Positions 46,753 through 54,208 of a stretch of DNA of 54,209 bases are shown here, in pieces (the first letter of the stretch is position 1; each line of letters starts with the position of its first letter). This stretch comes from a virus. Its lineage: Duplodnaviria > Caudoviricetes. The DNA is taken from the IMG/VR virus record IMGVR_UViG_3300037458_000931, positions 1 to 54,209 of that record. One strand, written 5' to 3'. Position numbers and translations under genes: made by a program. The notes under the pieces were generated by a model, which was given only the letters and a program-made list of their open reading frames with translations, did no database searches and was not told where the DNA came from.

Positions 46753-46917
46753 TTAGTCCTCTGTAATAATAAGCCCAATTATAAAGCAAGCAAAGTTACT
46801 GAGCAAAAGAGCGGATATACCGATAATTGAATTGTTATCGGAAAATGCAGCCGCTGTAAGCAGGTTACTACTAATTAAAACCGCACAGCATGAGATTAGT
46901 TTAAGATACTTTTCCAT
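46753..46917 (-). CDS. Small two-TM membrane protein (54 aa), absent from the ORF track
   Basis: GAGG RBS; MEKYLKLISCCAVLISSNLLTAAAF...IIGISALLLSNFACFIIGLIITED. Confidence 0.6.
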   Translation of the reverse strand: MEKYLKLISCCAVLISSNLLTAAAFSDNNSIIGISALLLSNFACFIIGLIITED

Positions 46918-46925
46918 AATAACCT

Positions 46926-47129
46926 CTATAGTTTAAGCCCTTCAAACGCCAAGTCCTTTTTAGGCTCTTTAAGGACAACCTTGGCTGCAGGTACACGAGT
47001 ACGAGTCCCGGCAGCTTGCTCTTGGTTCCACCTGGCCCGCTGTTCCCGAAGTCCTTCAATTAGTTGAAGGATGTCATCTTCGTTCCACTCTTGTGCAGGC
47101 TTTGATAACAGGGTGTCAAGGTTTTGCAT
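46926..47129 (-). CDS. Hypothetical protein
   Basis: GAGGT RBS; 67 aa. Confidence 0.7.
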   Translation of the reverse strand: MQNLDTLLSKPAQEWNEDDILQLIEGLREQRARWNQEQAAGTRTRVPAAKVVLKEPKKDLAFEGLKL

Positions 47130-47130
47130 T

Positions 47131-47451
47131 TTACACCTCTACGTAAACGATTTGGTCTTCAGGTACGGAGTCGTGAGGGCCATGTAAAGCTAACATTGTA
47201 AGGTCGTCGATGAGGCATAATTGGTGGGAGGTTAAGATGTGCTTCACGCCGGGCTTGCCGAATATCCAAGCGGCCTCGTAAATCGGGCCGGTTAAGTCCA
47301 TTTTGCTTCCGTGGTACACTTGCCCGCCATTAACTACTTTGCGAATGAGGCGAATTGATAATACCTCAAGCTGTTCGTTTTCGAGTTCGTACTCGACAAG
47401 GATGGGGAATCTTTCGGATAGGAACTTAGTGTAAATTATTACGTTGCTCAT
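47131..47451 (-). CDS. Hypothetical protein
   Basis: GAGG RBS; 106 aa. Confidence 0.65.
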   Translation of the reverse strand: MSNVIIYTKFLSERFPILVEYELENEQLEVLSIRLIRKVVNGGQVYHGSKMDLTGPIYEAAWIFGKPGVKHILTSHQLCLIDDLTMLALHGPHDSVPEDQIVYVEV

Positions 47452-47640
47452 TTATAGCCTCACAGTGTTTATTGGCTTTTGTGCATAAAATATCCATTTA
47501 TCATCTTGCTTTACCGCGAGGCGTTCGCCGGCGGAAGTTGTCACGAGCTTAGCAGGTTCGTTAATGTTTAACACTGTAAGCTCGTTGGGCAATAACCGGC
47601 GAGCCTTGTACTTTTTGCCGTTTATTTTTACTGAGGACAT
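47452..47640 (-). CDS. Hypothetical protein
   Basis: Abuts neighbours; 62 aa. Confidence 0.6.
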   Translation of the reverse strand: MSSVKINGKKYKARRLLPNELTVLNINEPAKLVTTSAGERLAVKQDDKWIFYAQKPINTVRL

Positions 47641-47641
47641 A

Positions 47642-47842
47642 TTACGCAGCCTTTGGGGGTAAGGAGGTTTCTTCTTGCCAAAACTTTTTATGCTGGTATT
47701 GCATTAGCAAGTATGCGTGTGCTTCGTTTTTGCCTCTCATTAACTGGTTGGCTAATGAAATAACTTGGTGCTGAGTTAAATCACCAATTTTGCCCTTGAT
47801 AACTTGTCCATCGTCGAGAACTTGGCGGAAGTCTTCTTGCAT
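47642..47842 (-). CDS. Hypothetical protein
   Basis: 66 aa, downstream of motif copy 4. Confidence 0.6.
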   Translation of the reverse strand: MQEDFRQVLDDGQVIKGKIGDLTQHQVISLANQLMRGKNEAHAYLLMQYQHKKFWQEETSLPPKAA

Positions 47843-47856
47843 TTGAGGGAGCCTTT

Positions 47857-47887
47857 TGTATGTATGAAACTGATTGACAATTACGTC
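47857..47887. promoter_or_regulatory. Palindromic motif, copy 4
   Basis: TGTATG-TATGAAACTG-N5-CAATTACGTC, intergenic. Confidence 0.55.
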
Positions 47888-47895
47888 AATACGTT

Positions 47896-48144
47896 TTACT
47901 GTTCAGATTTGAACGTCTTAAAAATAATGTCCTCAGCTTCTTTTAAATCGCGGGCTGAGGCAACCCGCCCGGTTTCCATCTGCTCCTTACAGTAAAGCCC
48001 GAACTGGTAAAGAACTTGGCGAATTGCGTCGCTTCCACGAATACCGGATGGGGACATTGAGAAGAACTCCAAAATCTTGTCGTATGTGGGAATATGTACC
48101 CGAATTGTGCGAGGAGATACTTCGTTGAGTTTCTTGCGAGCCAT
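47896..48144 (-). CDS. Ribbon-helix-helix-like DNA-binding protein
   Basis: AGGT RBS before ATG 48144; RTIRVHIPTYDKILEFF...GSDAIRQVL. Confidence 0.55.
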   Translation of the reverse strand: MARKKLNEVSPRTIRVHIPTYDKILEFFSMSPSGIRGSDAIRQVLYQFGLYCKEQMETGRVASARDLKEAEDIIFKTFKSEQ

Positions 48145-48183
48145 TTGAGTATACCTGTATGTAAAGTAGCAATCACATTGAAC

Positions 48184-48217
48184 AAAAAAAATGGGCAAGG
48201 GTTAAACTCCCTTGCCC
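48184..48217 (-). terminator. Rho-independent terminator
   Basis: GGGCAAGGG-N7-CCCTTGCCC followed by a T8 run on the - strand. Confidence 0.85.
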
Positions 48218-48225
48218 GGCGGGGA

Positions 48226-48870
48226 TTAAAGACCTAACGCAGACAGCTTGTTCTCGGCGGCAACCTCACGGTCACGAACAGCAGCCTCTTCGGCGGCGGC
48301 ATCTTCTACTAGCCCGTCACGAACTTCGATGAAGGCAGTGACTTCAGCCCAGGGGCCTTCGCCGGCGACCAGCCGGTCAACCTCAAACTCAAACTGCTCG
48401 TAGGAGATCTGGTCGCCCTTCGGCTCTTCGTCTTTCTTAGCAACACCGACTGGCGCGGGAAGGGACTGATAACCCTTTTTCTTTAAAAGCTTCTTAATAA
48501 ACGCCCCGGCGAGTTTGGTAAAGATGCGTTCGAATAGATTCCCGGCGATGCCTCCACGAGAGGCGCGGGTGCCGCTGAAGTCGTAAGTGGTGTATAATTC
48601 ATCCATTGCCGACTGTCCAGGTAGGGTAGTTCCAGCTTTAATAGCTGCCCTGATGCGAGCGCTTATGTTGTTGCCGAGGTTTTCTGCCAGCACCTGGTTA
48701 AGCTGGTTAGCTACGCCGGTGGCACTCGCTCCGACTTCCGAAACGCCTTGAACCATCTCAGCAGTGAACGGTTGAGGGATAGTGAATTGGAAACCTTCTT
48801 GGCCGGCGGCAGTGTAAGCGTCTTCTAAGATGGTGCGCTGGCGAACTGGAGTGTTTTCTGATTTTAACAT
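48226..48870 (-). CDS. Hypothetical phage protein in its own transcription unit
   Basis: AGGA RBS before ATG 48870; own promoter and terminator; LNQVLAENLGNN motif. Confidence 0.75.
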   Translation of the reverse strand: MLKSENTPVRQRTILEDAYTAAGQEGFQFTIPQPFTAEMVQGVSEVGASATGVANQLNQVLAENLGNNISARIRAAIKAGTTLPGQSAMDELYTTYDFSGTRASRGGIAGNLFERIFTKLAGAFIKKLLKKKGYQSLPAPVGVAKKDEEPKGDQISYEQFEFEVDRLVAGEGPWAEVTAFIEVRDGLVEDAAAEEAAVRDREVAAENKLSALGL

Positions 48871-48918
48871 GGGAATGTTCCTGATTGTTTGGTTAATGGG
48901 CGGTTTTGACCGCGTGTG

Positions 48919-48948
48919 TATGATAACATGGTTTGGGGGACATATACA
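48919..48948 (-). promoter_or_regulatory. Sigma70-type promoter with extended -10
   Basis: TTGTAT-18 nt-TATCAT with TGn before the -10. Confidence 0.55.
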
Positions 48949-48963
48949 ATACATTGTGCGCAT

Positions 48964-49003
48964 AAAAAACCGCGTCAATCGGATTTAATTGACGCGGTTT
49001 TTT
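48964..49003. terminator. Bidirectional rho-independent terminator
   Basis: A6-CCGCGTCAAT-N8-ATTGACGCGG-T6. Confidence 0.9.
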
Positions 49004-49012
49004 CGGGGCGGA

Positions 49013-49570
49013 TTATTGGCGAACTTTCGCTCTCTGCTCATCCGTTGGGGCAGGCAATTTCTTACTCACGTCAATATCCACAATCACGAGCTCTTCGATT
49101 GACGGGATTGCGTAGCAAAACATACTTCGTGTTGTGTCAACGTAAACGGCTCCGAGTTCGGCAGGGAACTTGGCCTTTAATTGGTTAAGGCGGGAGAACG
49201 CTTGGCGAATCCCGGCGATAATTGGAACGGGCTTTTTAGTTGCAACGCAGCGAATAATATCCCATGTTACGCTGCCCGGCGGGTTTTCCAAATTGGCTAC
49301 GATTAAGCCTTTTGGGTGTGCCTCTGGTACAATATGGTAGTAAAGACCCTTGCCATACAGGTACTCTTCCGGGGCGTAGGTTGCTAAAGAATAAACGGCG
49401 TTGCGATACCGCTCGCCTTGGATGATACGATATAAATACTTAGACCGCTTTTCCGTTGTTTGATAGACTACAGCCTTTCCGTATGGGAGGGATAAGGCTG
49501 CGTCTAATAAGGGAAATATCTCGGCTTCTTGCCCTGGAACGATAGCGGGCTTGTTGAGGTACTTTGGCAT
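49013..49570 (-). CDS. Hypothetical protein
   Basis: GGAGGAG RBS; 185 aa. Confidence 0.75.
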   Translation of the reverse strand: MPKYLNKPAIVPGQEAEIFPLLDAALSLPYGKAVVYQTTEKRSKYLYRIIQGERYRNAVYSLATYAPEEYLYGKGLYYHIVPEAHPKGLIVANLENPPGSVTWDIIRCVATKKPVPIIAGIRQAFSRLNQLKAKFPAELGAVYVDTTRSMFCYAIPSIEELVIVDIDVSKKLPAPTDEQRAKVRQ

Positions 49571-49571
49571 T

Positions 49572-51038
49572 TTACTCCTCCAGTCCGTCGATCTGTTTAG
49601 ACGTTATAAACGTAAGTTCTTGCATAGCACGAGTCACTGCAACGTAACCGAGATTTTGTTCTTGTTCTTGTTCCCACTCACTGGAGGCGTTTCGGCCTAA
49701 AAGATGGGAGTCAAGGAATAAAACACTCGGCCACTCTCGGCCCTTTGCTTTGTGGATTGTTGAGAGGTGTACGTCTGCCGGGCGGTAGCCCTTGTCTTTG
49801 GGGTCAGGGTAAAGCTTACCAAGGTGCTTGCGCATGGAGTCGAGGTCTTTGTGCGCTTGGGCAAGGGTGCGAAGGACAAGAGCCTTTTCAGTGATGCTGA
49901 ATTTCCGGCGGGGGTATTTAACAAGCTCCCGCTCTTTCCACTTCTCAAGGCGGTCGAGAAATTCCTGTGTGGACAGGTTTTTCTTGGTGATACGCTCGGT
50001 GAGTTTTATTAGGTTTTGCCCGATGTCTTTTCCGGCGATTTCGACTGTTCGCCCGGATACGAGCAACCGCAAGGCAAGGCGCATTAAAGGGGCGTTGTTG
50101 CGACAAAGAACAGTTTTGGGGACTTCTTGCAGGGTTAGACTGGAGGGGTATAAAACGGAGCCTTGTGCGCAACCAGAGGCTGCCTCGATGTCTGGTACGT
50201 AGCCCTGGGCTACCTTTATGACCTCCGCCGGGCAACGCCAGGAGACCGTGAGGGGAAGTTCCTGCATTGAGAAGGTCTCAACGAGGGACTTGTAGGAGTT
50301 GGATAATGCCCCACGAAAGCCGTAAATTGCTTGCCTATCGTCTCCAGCGGCGATGACTCGCCCGCCGGGGAGTAAAGACCGCTTTAGCATGGTGTGCTGG
50401 AGCAGGTTAAAGTCTTGTACCTCATCTGCAAGGATTGTGGGGACTTTTGTGAAGCGATGGGGGAATACTGTTGCACAGTAAAGCATGTCGTCGAAGTCGA
50501 TTATGCCGTCTTTTGTGAAGGACAAGTTGGAAAGATTTACTGCCGTCCGGCTCCAATGAAGAATCTCGTCGGAGAATTCTAAATCGTACTGTGTGGCGAG
50601 TTCTTCCCAAATTTGGGTCTCGTTCGGGGTAAGACCTTCGGGACCGGCGGGGTCGGGCTGGATGCCGTATACTTTGGCTATAGTCGCCAGGGCACGTATT
50701 TCTGCTTGGGTTTCGAAGGGTATTTCGTTTTCTTCTCCGAGGGCTTTAACAGTTTCAAACATCTTACCCTTTTCGAGTTTGATGGTCTTGCCGCTGGCTT
50801 TAAGGGCTTGGAGGCCCAGGGCGTGAAAGGTCTTGGCGGGGAACTTGGGGCCGATCTTTTTAACAAGTTCCTCTACGGTTGACTTGCTAAAGCTGGTTGC
50901 GATTCCACTTTTGGGACTGGAGTTCGCCCATCGCTGAAGGGAAAAGGTTTTCCCTGTACCTGCGCGAGCGCGAAGGGCGATTGAGTCGGATGACTTAGTT
51001 GTGGCTAAGAAATCAATTTGTTGGGGAGTGAGATCCAT
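49572..51038 (-). CDS. Superfamily 1 UvrD/Rep-like helicase
   Basis: ARAGTGKT, TFHALG, DFDDML, DEVQD, GDDRQAIYGFRG, STIHKAKGREW, YVAVTRA. Confidence 0.92.
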   Translation of the reverse strand: MDLTPQQIDFLATTKSSDSIALRARAGTGKTFSLQRWANSSPKSGIATSFSKSTVEELVKKIGPKFPAKTFHALGLQALKASGKTIKLEKGKMFETVKALGEENEIPFETQAEIRALATIAKVYGIQPDPAGPEGLTPNETQIWEELATQYDLEFSDEILHWSRTAVNLSNLSFTKDGIIDFDDMLYCATVFPHRFTKVPTILADEVQDFNLLQHTMLKRSLLPGGRVIAAGDDRQAIYGFRGALSNSYKSLVETFSMQELPLTVSWRCPAEVIKVAQGYVPDIEAASGCAQGSVLYPSSLTLQEVPKTVLCRNNAPLMRLALRLLVSGRTVEIAGKDIGQNLIKLTERITKKNLSTQEFLDRLEKWKERELVKYPRRKFSITEKALVLRTLAQAHKDLDSMRKHLGKLYPDPKDKGYRPADVHLSTIHKAKGREWPSVLFLDSHLLGRNASSEWEQEQEQNLGYVAVTRAMQELTFITSKQIDGLEE

Positions 51039-51063
51039 AAATGGTTTCCTTAAGGGATAAGTG

Positions 51064-51095
51064 GGGCCAGCCGAGGGATTACTCTGGGCTGGCCC
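51064..51095. other. Intergenic stem-loop
   Basis: GGGCCAGCC-N14-GGCTGGCCC directly after a stop codon, without a clear U-tract. Confidence 0.55.
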
Positions 51096-51101
51096 GGCGG
51101 G

Positions 51102-51320
51102 TTAAGCAGCGTGATAATGAAACTCGATGTCTGAGACGGGCGTGAAATTCTTTATGTCCGTTTGATTTATATGCTTTTTGGTTGAAGAGGAAAAGTACTT
51201 ATCTAGCCTAATGCATACTAGCTCGTCTTCATAAGCAATGCACGTCTCGTATGAGAAATACCACGTCCTGTTGTCGTGCGTTATTGCTACGAGATTAGCG
51301 CTTATTTTTTTTATTTTCAT
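51102..51320 (-). CDS. Small early protein
   Basis: YFSYET.IA...FSSSTKKHIN pattern seen in small phage proteins; AGGAG RBS. Confidence 0.7.
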   Translation of the reverse strand: MKIKKISANLVAITHDNRTWYFSYETCIAYEDELVCIRLDKYFSSSTKKHINQTDIKNFTPVSDIEFHYHAA

Positions 51321-51541
51321 GTGTTTACTCCTAGGGCGTTCCAGTTGTACTTGGCCTGTTGCATGAGCAGTGTGTAGTCTGCCCTAAAGATGGAGGTGCA
51401 GTAAACAAGCCCGTTTGATTCTTTAAAGTACGCCGGGTAGTCCAGCGGGCTTACTCTTGCAAGTGCTGTCCATTGCGCGGCGGAGTATTTACCGCTCGCG
51501 GTTAAAAGCCCGGCAAGGGCGAAGGGGAAGGGCTTTTTCAT
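51317..51541 (-). CDS. Small early protein
   Basis: AGGAG RBS, ATGA overlaps. Confidence 0.65.
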   Translation of the reverse strand: MKKPFPFALAGLLTASGKYSAAQWTALARVSPLDYPAYFKESNGLVYCTSIFRADYTLLMQQAKYNWNALGVNT

Positions 51542-51771
51542 TCGTTTTCTCCTACGTAAGCCTTATGTATGCTTGCTGCGTCAGGGCGCTTGGTGTCTAA
51601 TTCGTAGTCAAGGGATAAATCAACCTCTAACCAATTATCCCCATCGAGAGTATAGTGTAAGGTATGCCACTTTACAAACCAAGACTTTATATCGTCTAGG
51701 TTATTTACGCCTTCAATGTCTATATCATCGGACAGGTTAAGTACGTAACAGGTGTTTACAGTAATTTTCAT
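51538..51771 (-). CDS. Small acidic early protein
   Basis: GGAGG RBS, ATGA overlaps. Confidence 0.7.
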   Translation of the reverse strand: MKITVNTCYVLNLSDDIDIEGVNNLDDIKSWFVKWHTLHYTLDGDNWLEVDLSLDYELDTKRPDAASIHKAYVGENE

Positions 51772-51959
51772 TTGGCCTCCTTAATATCGTGGTATACTTC
51801 AAGGGAAGCTTTGTCGTTGCTGTAGAACGTGATTAAGGCTGTTCCGTCCTTGTGCTTTACTTGGATTTTGCAGTAATACGTGGGGTAAGGTGTTTCACTA
51901 ATCTCCCTGGCCGGGGATAAGGTGATTGACTCAACATCGAAAAGGCTATACATTTGCAT
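51768..51959 (-). CDS. Small early protein
   Basis: 63 aa, ATGA overlap. Confidence 0.65.
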   Translation of the reverse strand: MQMYSLFDVESITLSPAREISETPYPTYYCKIQVKHKDGTALITFYSNDKASLEVYHDIKEAK

Positions 51960-51996
51960 TTTTTGTACTCTGGTTCCGGGCTGAAAGTAGCCACGC

Positions 51997-52024
51997 TAAT
52001 AGCCTCGCAGGCGCGAGGCTATTA
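51997..52024. other. Intergenic stem-loop
   Basis: Perfect 12-bp stem TAATAGCCTCGC-aggc-GCGAGGCTATTA. Confidence 0.65.
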
Positions 52025-52029
52025 CTTAG

Positions 52030-52302
52030 TCACTCGTCAGCGATTAAATACGAAATTAGTTGTGTTAGGTGAAAGGTTGCTTTTGGTTCACCAGTACATT
52101 CCTCAAGGGTGTGCCTCGCCCAAAAGATTATATCATCTTTGTCGAGTAGTGTCCCGCCGGGGCAAGGTTCTACATCATATCCCTCTAACAACATAGGCAG
52201 CTTTTGTGGGGCGGGACTCCCTACGGGAGGCTCGGGAACGTACTCAAATACGTCTGGATAGTCCATAGGGACGTAGGAGTTGCAAATAGGAGCTTGATAC
52301 AT
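52030..52302 (-). CDS. Small early protein
   Basis: GAGGT RBS; 90 aa. Confidence 0.65.
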   Translation of the reverse strand: MYQAPICNSYVPMDYPDVFEYVPEPPVGSPAPQKLPMLLEGYDVEPCPGGTLLDKDDIIFWARHTLEECTGEPKATFHLTQLISYLIADE

Positions 52303-52307
52303 TTTAA

Positions 52308-52481
52308 TTACCTCTGTGAGGGAAATGGCTTGTTGTCGAAGGAACGGATGGTTTTCAAAATGCGGTAATATTCCCGCTTTTGAATGTTAAGGGCCCTAAG
52401 GACAGTTCCTTGTCTTAGGTGGGAAATCTCCTCGTTGCGGGAGAGGAGAGAAAAGACCTTGGAAACGCCTTGATGGTTCAT
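52308..52481 (-). CDS. Small early protein (57 aa), absent from the ORF track
   Basis: AGGAG RBS, ATGA overlap; MNHQGVSKVFSLLSRNEEI...PFPSQR. Confidence 0.55.
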   Translation of the reverse strand: MNHQGVSKVFSLLSRNEEISHLRQGTVLRALNIQKREYYRILKTIRSFDNKPFPSQR

Positions 52482-52726
52482 GGGTTGCTCCTGAAAACGG
52501 TATACATGCCAGTATTGATTACATACTTATCAACAATTACGCTTTGCCCTTTGCGGTATACGCTGTAGTATCCCGCGAGGGATTCCAAATAGGAATGTAA
52601 ATCCTGAACGGTTTTAAACTCAAACACCTCAGCGGTTCCGGGGCGGGTGAGGGTGAGGGGGAATAAGTCTTTCACGTTGTGGCTGATGATGATGCCAGGG
52701 GAAAGACGGGCAGACTTTTGGCTCAT
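52478..52726 (-). CDS. Small early protein
   Basis: ATG 52726 (MSQKSARL) preferred over the longer track start, which runs through a palindrome. Confidence 0.55.
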   Translation of the reverse strand: MSQKSARLSPGIIISHNVKDLFPLTLTRPGTAEVFEFKTVQDLHSYLESLAGYYSVYRKGQSVIVDKYVINTGMYTVFRSNP

Positions 52727-52764
52727 TGTGTGAGATACTCTGGGGAGGATGAGGGAGGGAATGA

Positions 52765-52799
52765 TATGGCCGAAATTATGGGGCAGTTTCGGCCATACG
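52765..52799. promoter_or_regulatory. 11-bp inverted repeat containing palindromic motif copy 5
   Basis: TATGGCCGAAA-N11-TTTCGGCCATA; reads GCCGAAATTA-N5-CAGTTTCGGC-CATACG. Confidence 0.6.
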
Positions 52800-52802
52800 T
52801 TA

Positions 52803-53042
52803 TTATTCAGCAAACATCCTGTGATTTTTTCGATACCTGTAGGGAATAAACATTATATCTTCTTCATCACAGCAAGTTATGAATCCCGACACACTCACAC
52901 CCCGAACTCGAACGCGGGCTGGAACAGAAAACCAACTATTAGCGTAGCCGGTTATGTCCGCTACCCGGCGGGAGCCGTCAGGGCAAAGGCAATTCTTTAC
53001 CTTGACGATTCGGTTGTTTCTCAGGATGGTTTCGGCTTTCAT
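52803..53042 (-). CDS. Small early protein
   Basis: AAGGTG RBS; CPDG.RR...WFSVPARV...VSGFI. Confidence 0.7.
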   Translation of the reverse strand: MKAETILRNNRIVKVKNCLCPDGSRRVADITGYANSWFSVPARVRVRGVSVSGFITCCDEEDIMFIPYRYRKNHRMFAE

Positions 53043-53051
53043 GGGACACCT

Positions 53052-53213
53052 TTAAGGGGCAACAACCCAGTCTTGGGCGTTTTCTGGGGTTAGCCGGAAT
53101 GATTCTTTAAGCCCGTGCTTGACAGGTTGGGAAAAGTCTTTCGGGCGGGTTTTCCAAGTCTGCATCTTTCCGCTCTTGCGGCACCTGGCGGGCGAACCGT
53201 CGGCGTTGCGCAT
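53052..53213 (-). CDS. First early ORF (53 aa), absent from the ORF track; start uncertain
   Basis: MRNADGSPARCRKSGKMQTWKTRPKDFSQPVKHGL..., a pattern I recall from small phage proteins; no RBS. Confidence 0.5.
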   Translation of the reverse strand: MRNADGSPARCRKSGKMQTWKTRPKDFSQPVKHGLKESFRLTPENAQDWVVAP

Positions 53214-53290
53214 AAGGCGATGCCAAAATTCGCTGGTGTTGAGGATTGACTCGCGAGGTTAAACGCTCGCGGTATGCGGGCGATACGGGT

Positions 53291-53318
53291 ATTATATGAC
53301 AATGCAATGTATTGTCAA
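53291..53318 (-). promoter_or_regulatory. Consensus sigma70 early promoter
   Basis: TTGACA-16 nt-TATAAT with AT-rich upstream; TGACAAT-N7-ATTGTCA palindrome spans the spacer. Confidence 0.85.
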
Positions 53319-53499
53319 TTTATTTTTATGGGGTCATTTTGGTTTAATGGTTTGCGGGCGGGTTGCGGGCAACCGGCGGCGAATTCCGGCGGTTGTGTGG
53401 TGTGGAATGGGGCAGGAACCGGGCAAAACGGCGATTTTCGGCGTTTGGGGTTTACGGCGATATGATACATGGTTCCGGGGCGAACGTGCCACCAACGCC

Positions 53500-53861
53500 A
53501 AATTCTTCACAAGCACTCTTCCAACCCTCTTTCAACCCTCCAGCATAATCTACCTAACTCCACGAAATCCACCAAAGATTTTTTGCGCACAACGCATAAC
53601 GTAAATACGATTGCGGGATGTAGGTAAACATATTGCTTGTAGAGTGCCTAATGTATATATCTTACATAATTTTTTTTTTTTATATAAGGGAATCGTATTG
53701 CCTGAATCGCTCAGGGGGTCAGAATCGTATTTCTTATATATGGGTGTTTGCGTTGTTTTTTGTGTTTTGTGTTTTGTAAAATTGGCTGGTGGATTTGATG
53801 GAGTTTGATGCTATATGGTGGGGTGAAGCTGGAGTGCTGCTGGAGTGCTGGTGGAGAATTT
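53500..53861. repeat. Long imperfect inverted repeat flanking an AT-rich core (origin or packaging-site candidate)
   Basis: 53500-53580 aligns without gaps to the reverse complement of 53781-53861 (54/81 by hand); core has AATCGTATT x3 and a T run. Confidence 0.65.
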
Positions 53862-53949
53862 TAAATTGTTTTATTTTTCAATATGTTACGTTAAAATAAT
53901 CATGAATTTTTATTTTGACAATATGCCATGTTTTTTTTTTATTTTATTT

Positions 53950-53977
53950 TTCAACAGTATACCATTATTGGTATAAT
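53950..53977 (+). promoter_or_regulatory. Possible rightward extended -10 promoter
   Basis: TTCAAC-16 nt-TATAAT with TGn; overlapped by a TATACCA/TGGTATA palindrome. Confidence 0.4.
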
Positions 53978-54016
53978 GTATATTGTCAATATGTTATTTA
54001 GTGGTTTTTTTATGAA

Positions 54017-54064
54017 TGTTTCACGGGAAACAACTAGAAAATGGTAAATATTTCCCGTGAAACA
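54017..54064. promoter_or_regulatory. Two parS-like sites
   Basis: TGTTTCACGGGAAACA (15/16) and TATTTCCCGTGAAACA (14/16) versus the bacterial consensus TGTTTCACGTGAAACA. Confidence 0.75.
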
Positions 54065-54109
54065 ATTAGAAATCGGTTTAATGGTTTATTCTAGTAATAC
54101 GCAGGCAAT

Positions 54110-54136
54110 AAAAAACCCGCCTCGCGACGGGTTTTT
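54110..54136. terminator. Bidirectional rho-independent terminator
   Basis: AAAAACCCG-N8-CGGGTTTTT. Confidence 0.75.
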
Positions 54137-54142
54137 AATGGA

Positions 54143-54208
54143 TTATTCGGGTTTAATCAATTCACCTGGCAGGTTTGGGGGTAGTAAATCTGTCTTCATC
54201 AAGGCTAT
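54143..54208 (-). CDS. Possible 3' end of a gene entering from beyond the window
   Basis: Open frame IALMKTDLLPPNLPGELIKPE stops just before the terminator. Confidence 0.3.
   Translation of the reverse strand: MALMKTDLLPPNLPGELIKPE

Noticed and set aside
46820-46841. CCGATAA/TTATCGG inverted repeat as a sixth copy of the regulatory palindrome
   Set aside because: Spacing and core differ, and it lies inside a small membrane-protein ORF.
53090-53808. Track ORFs across the right-hand non-coding region
   Set aside because: They overlap the consensus promoter and repeat elements, lack RBSs and have low-complexity translations.
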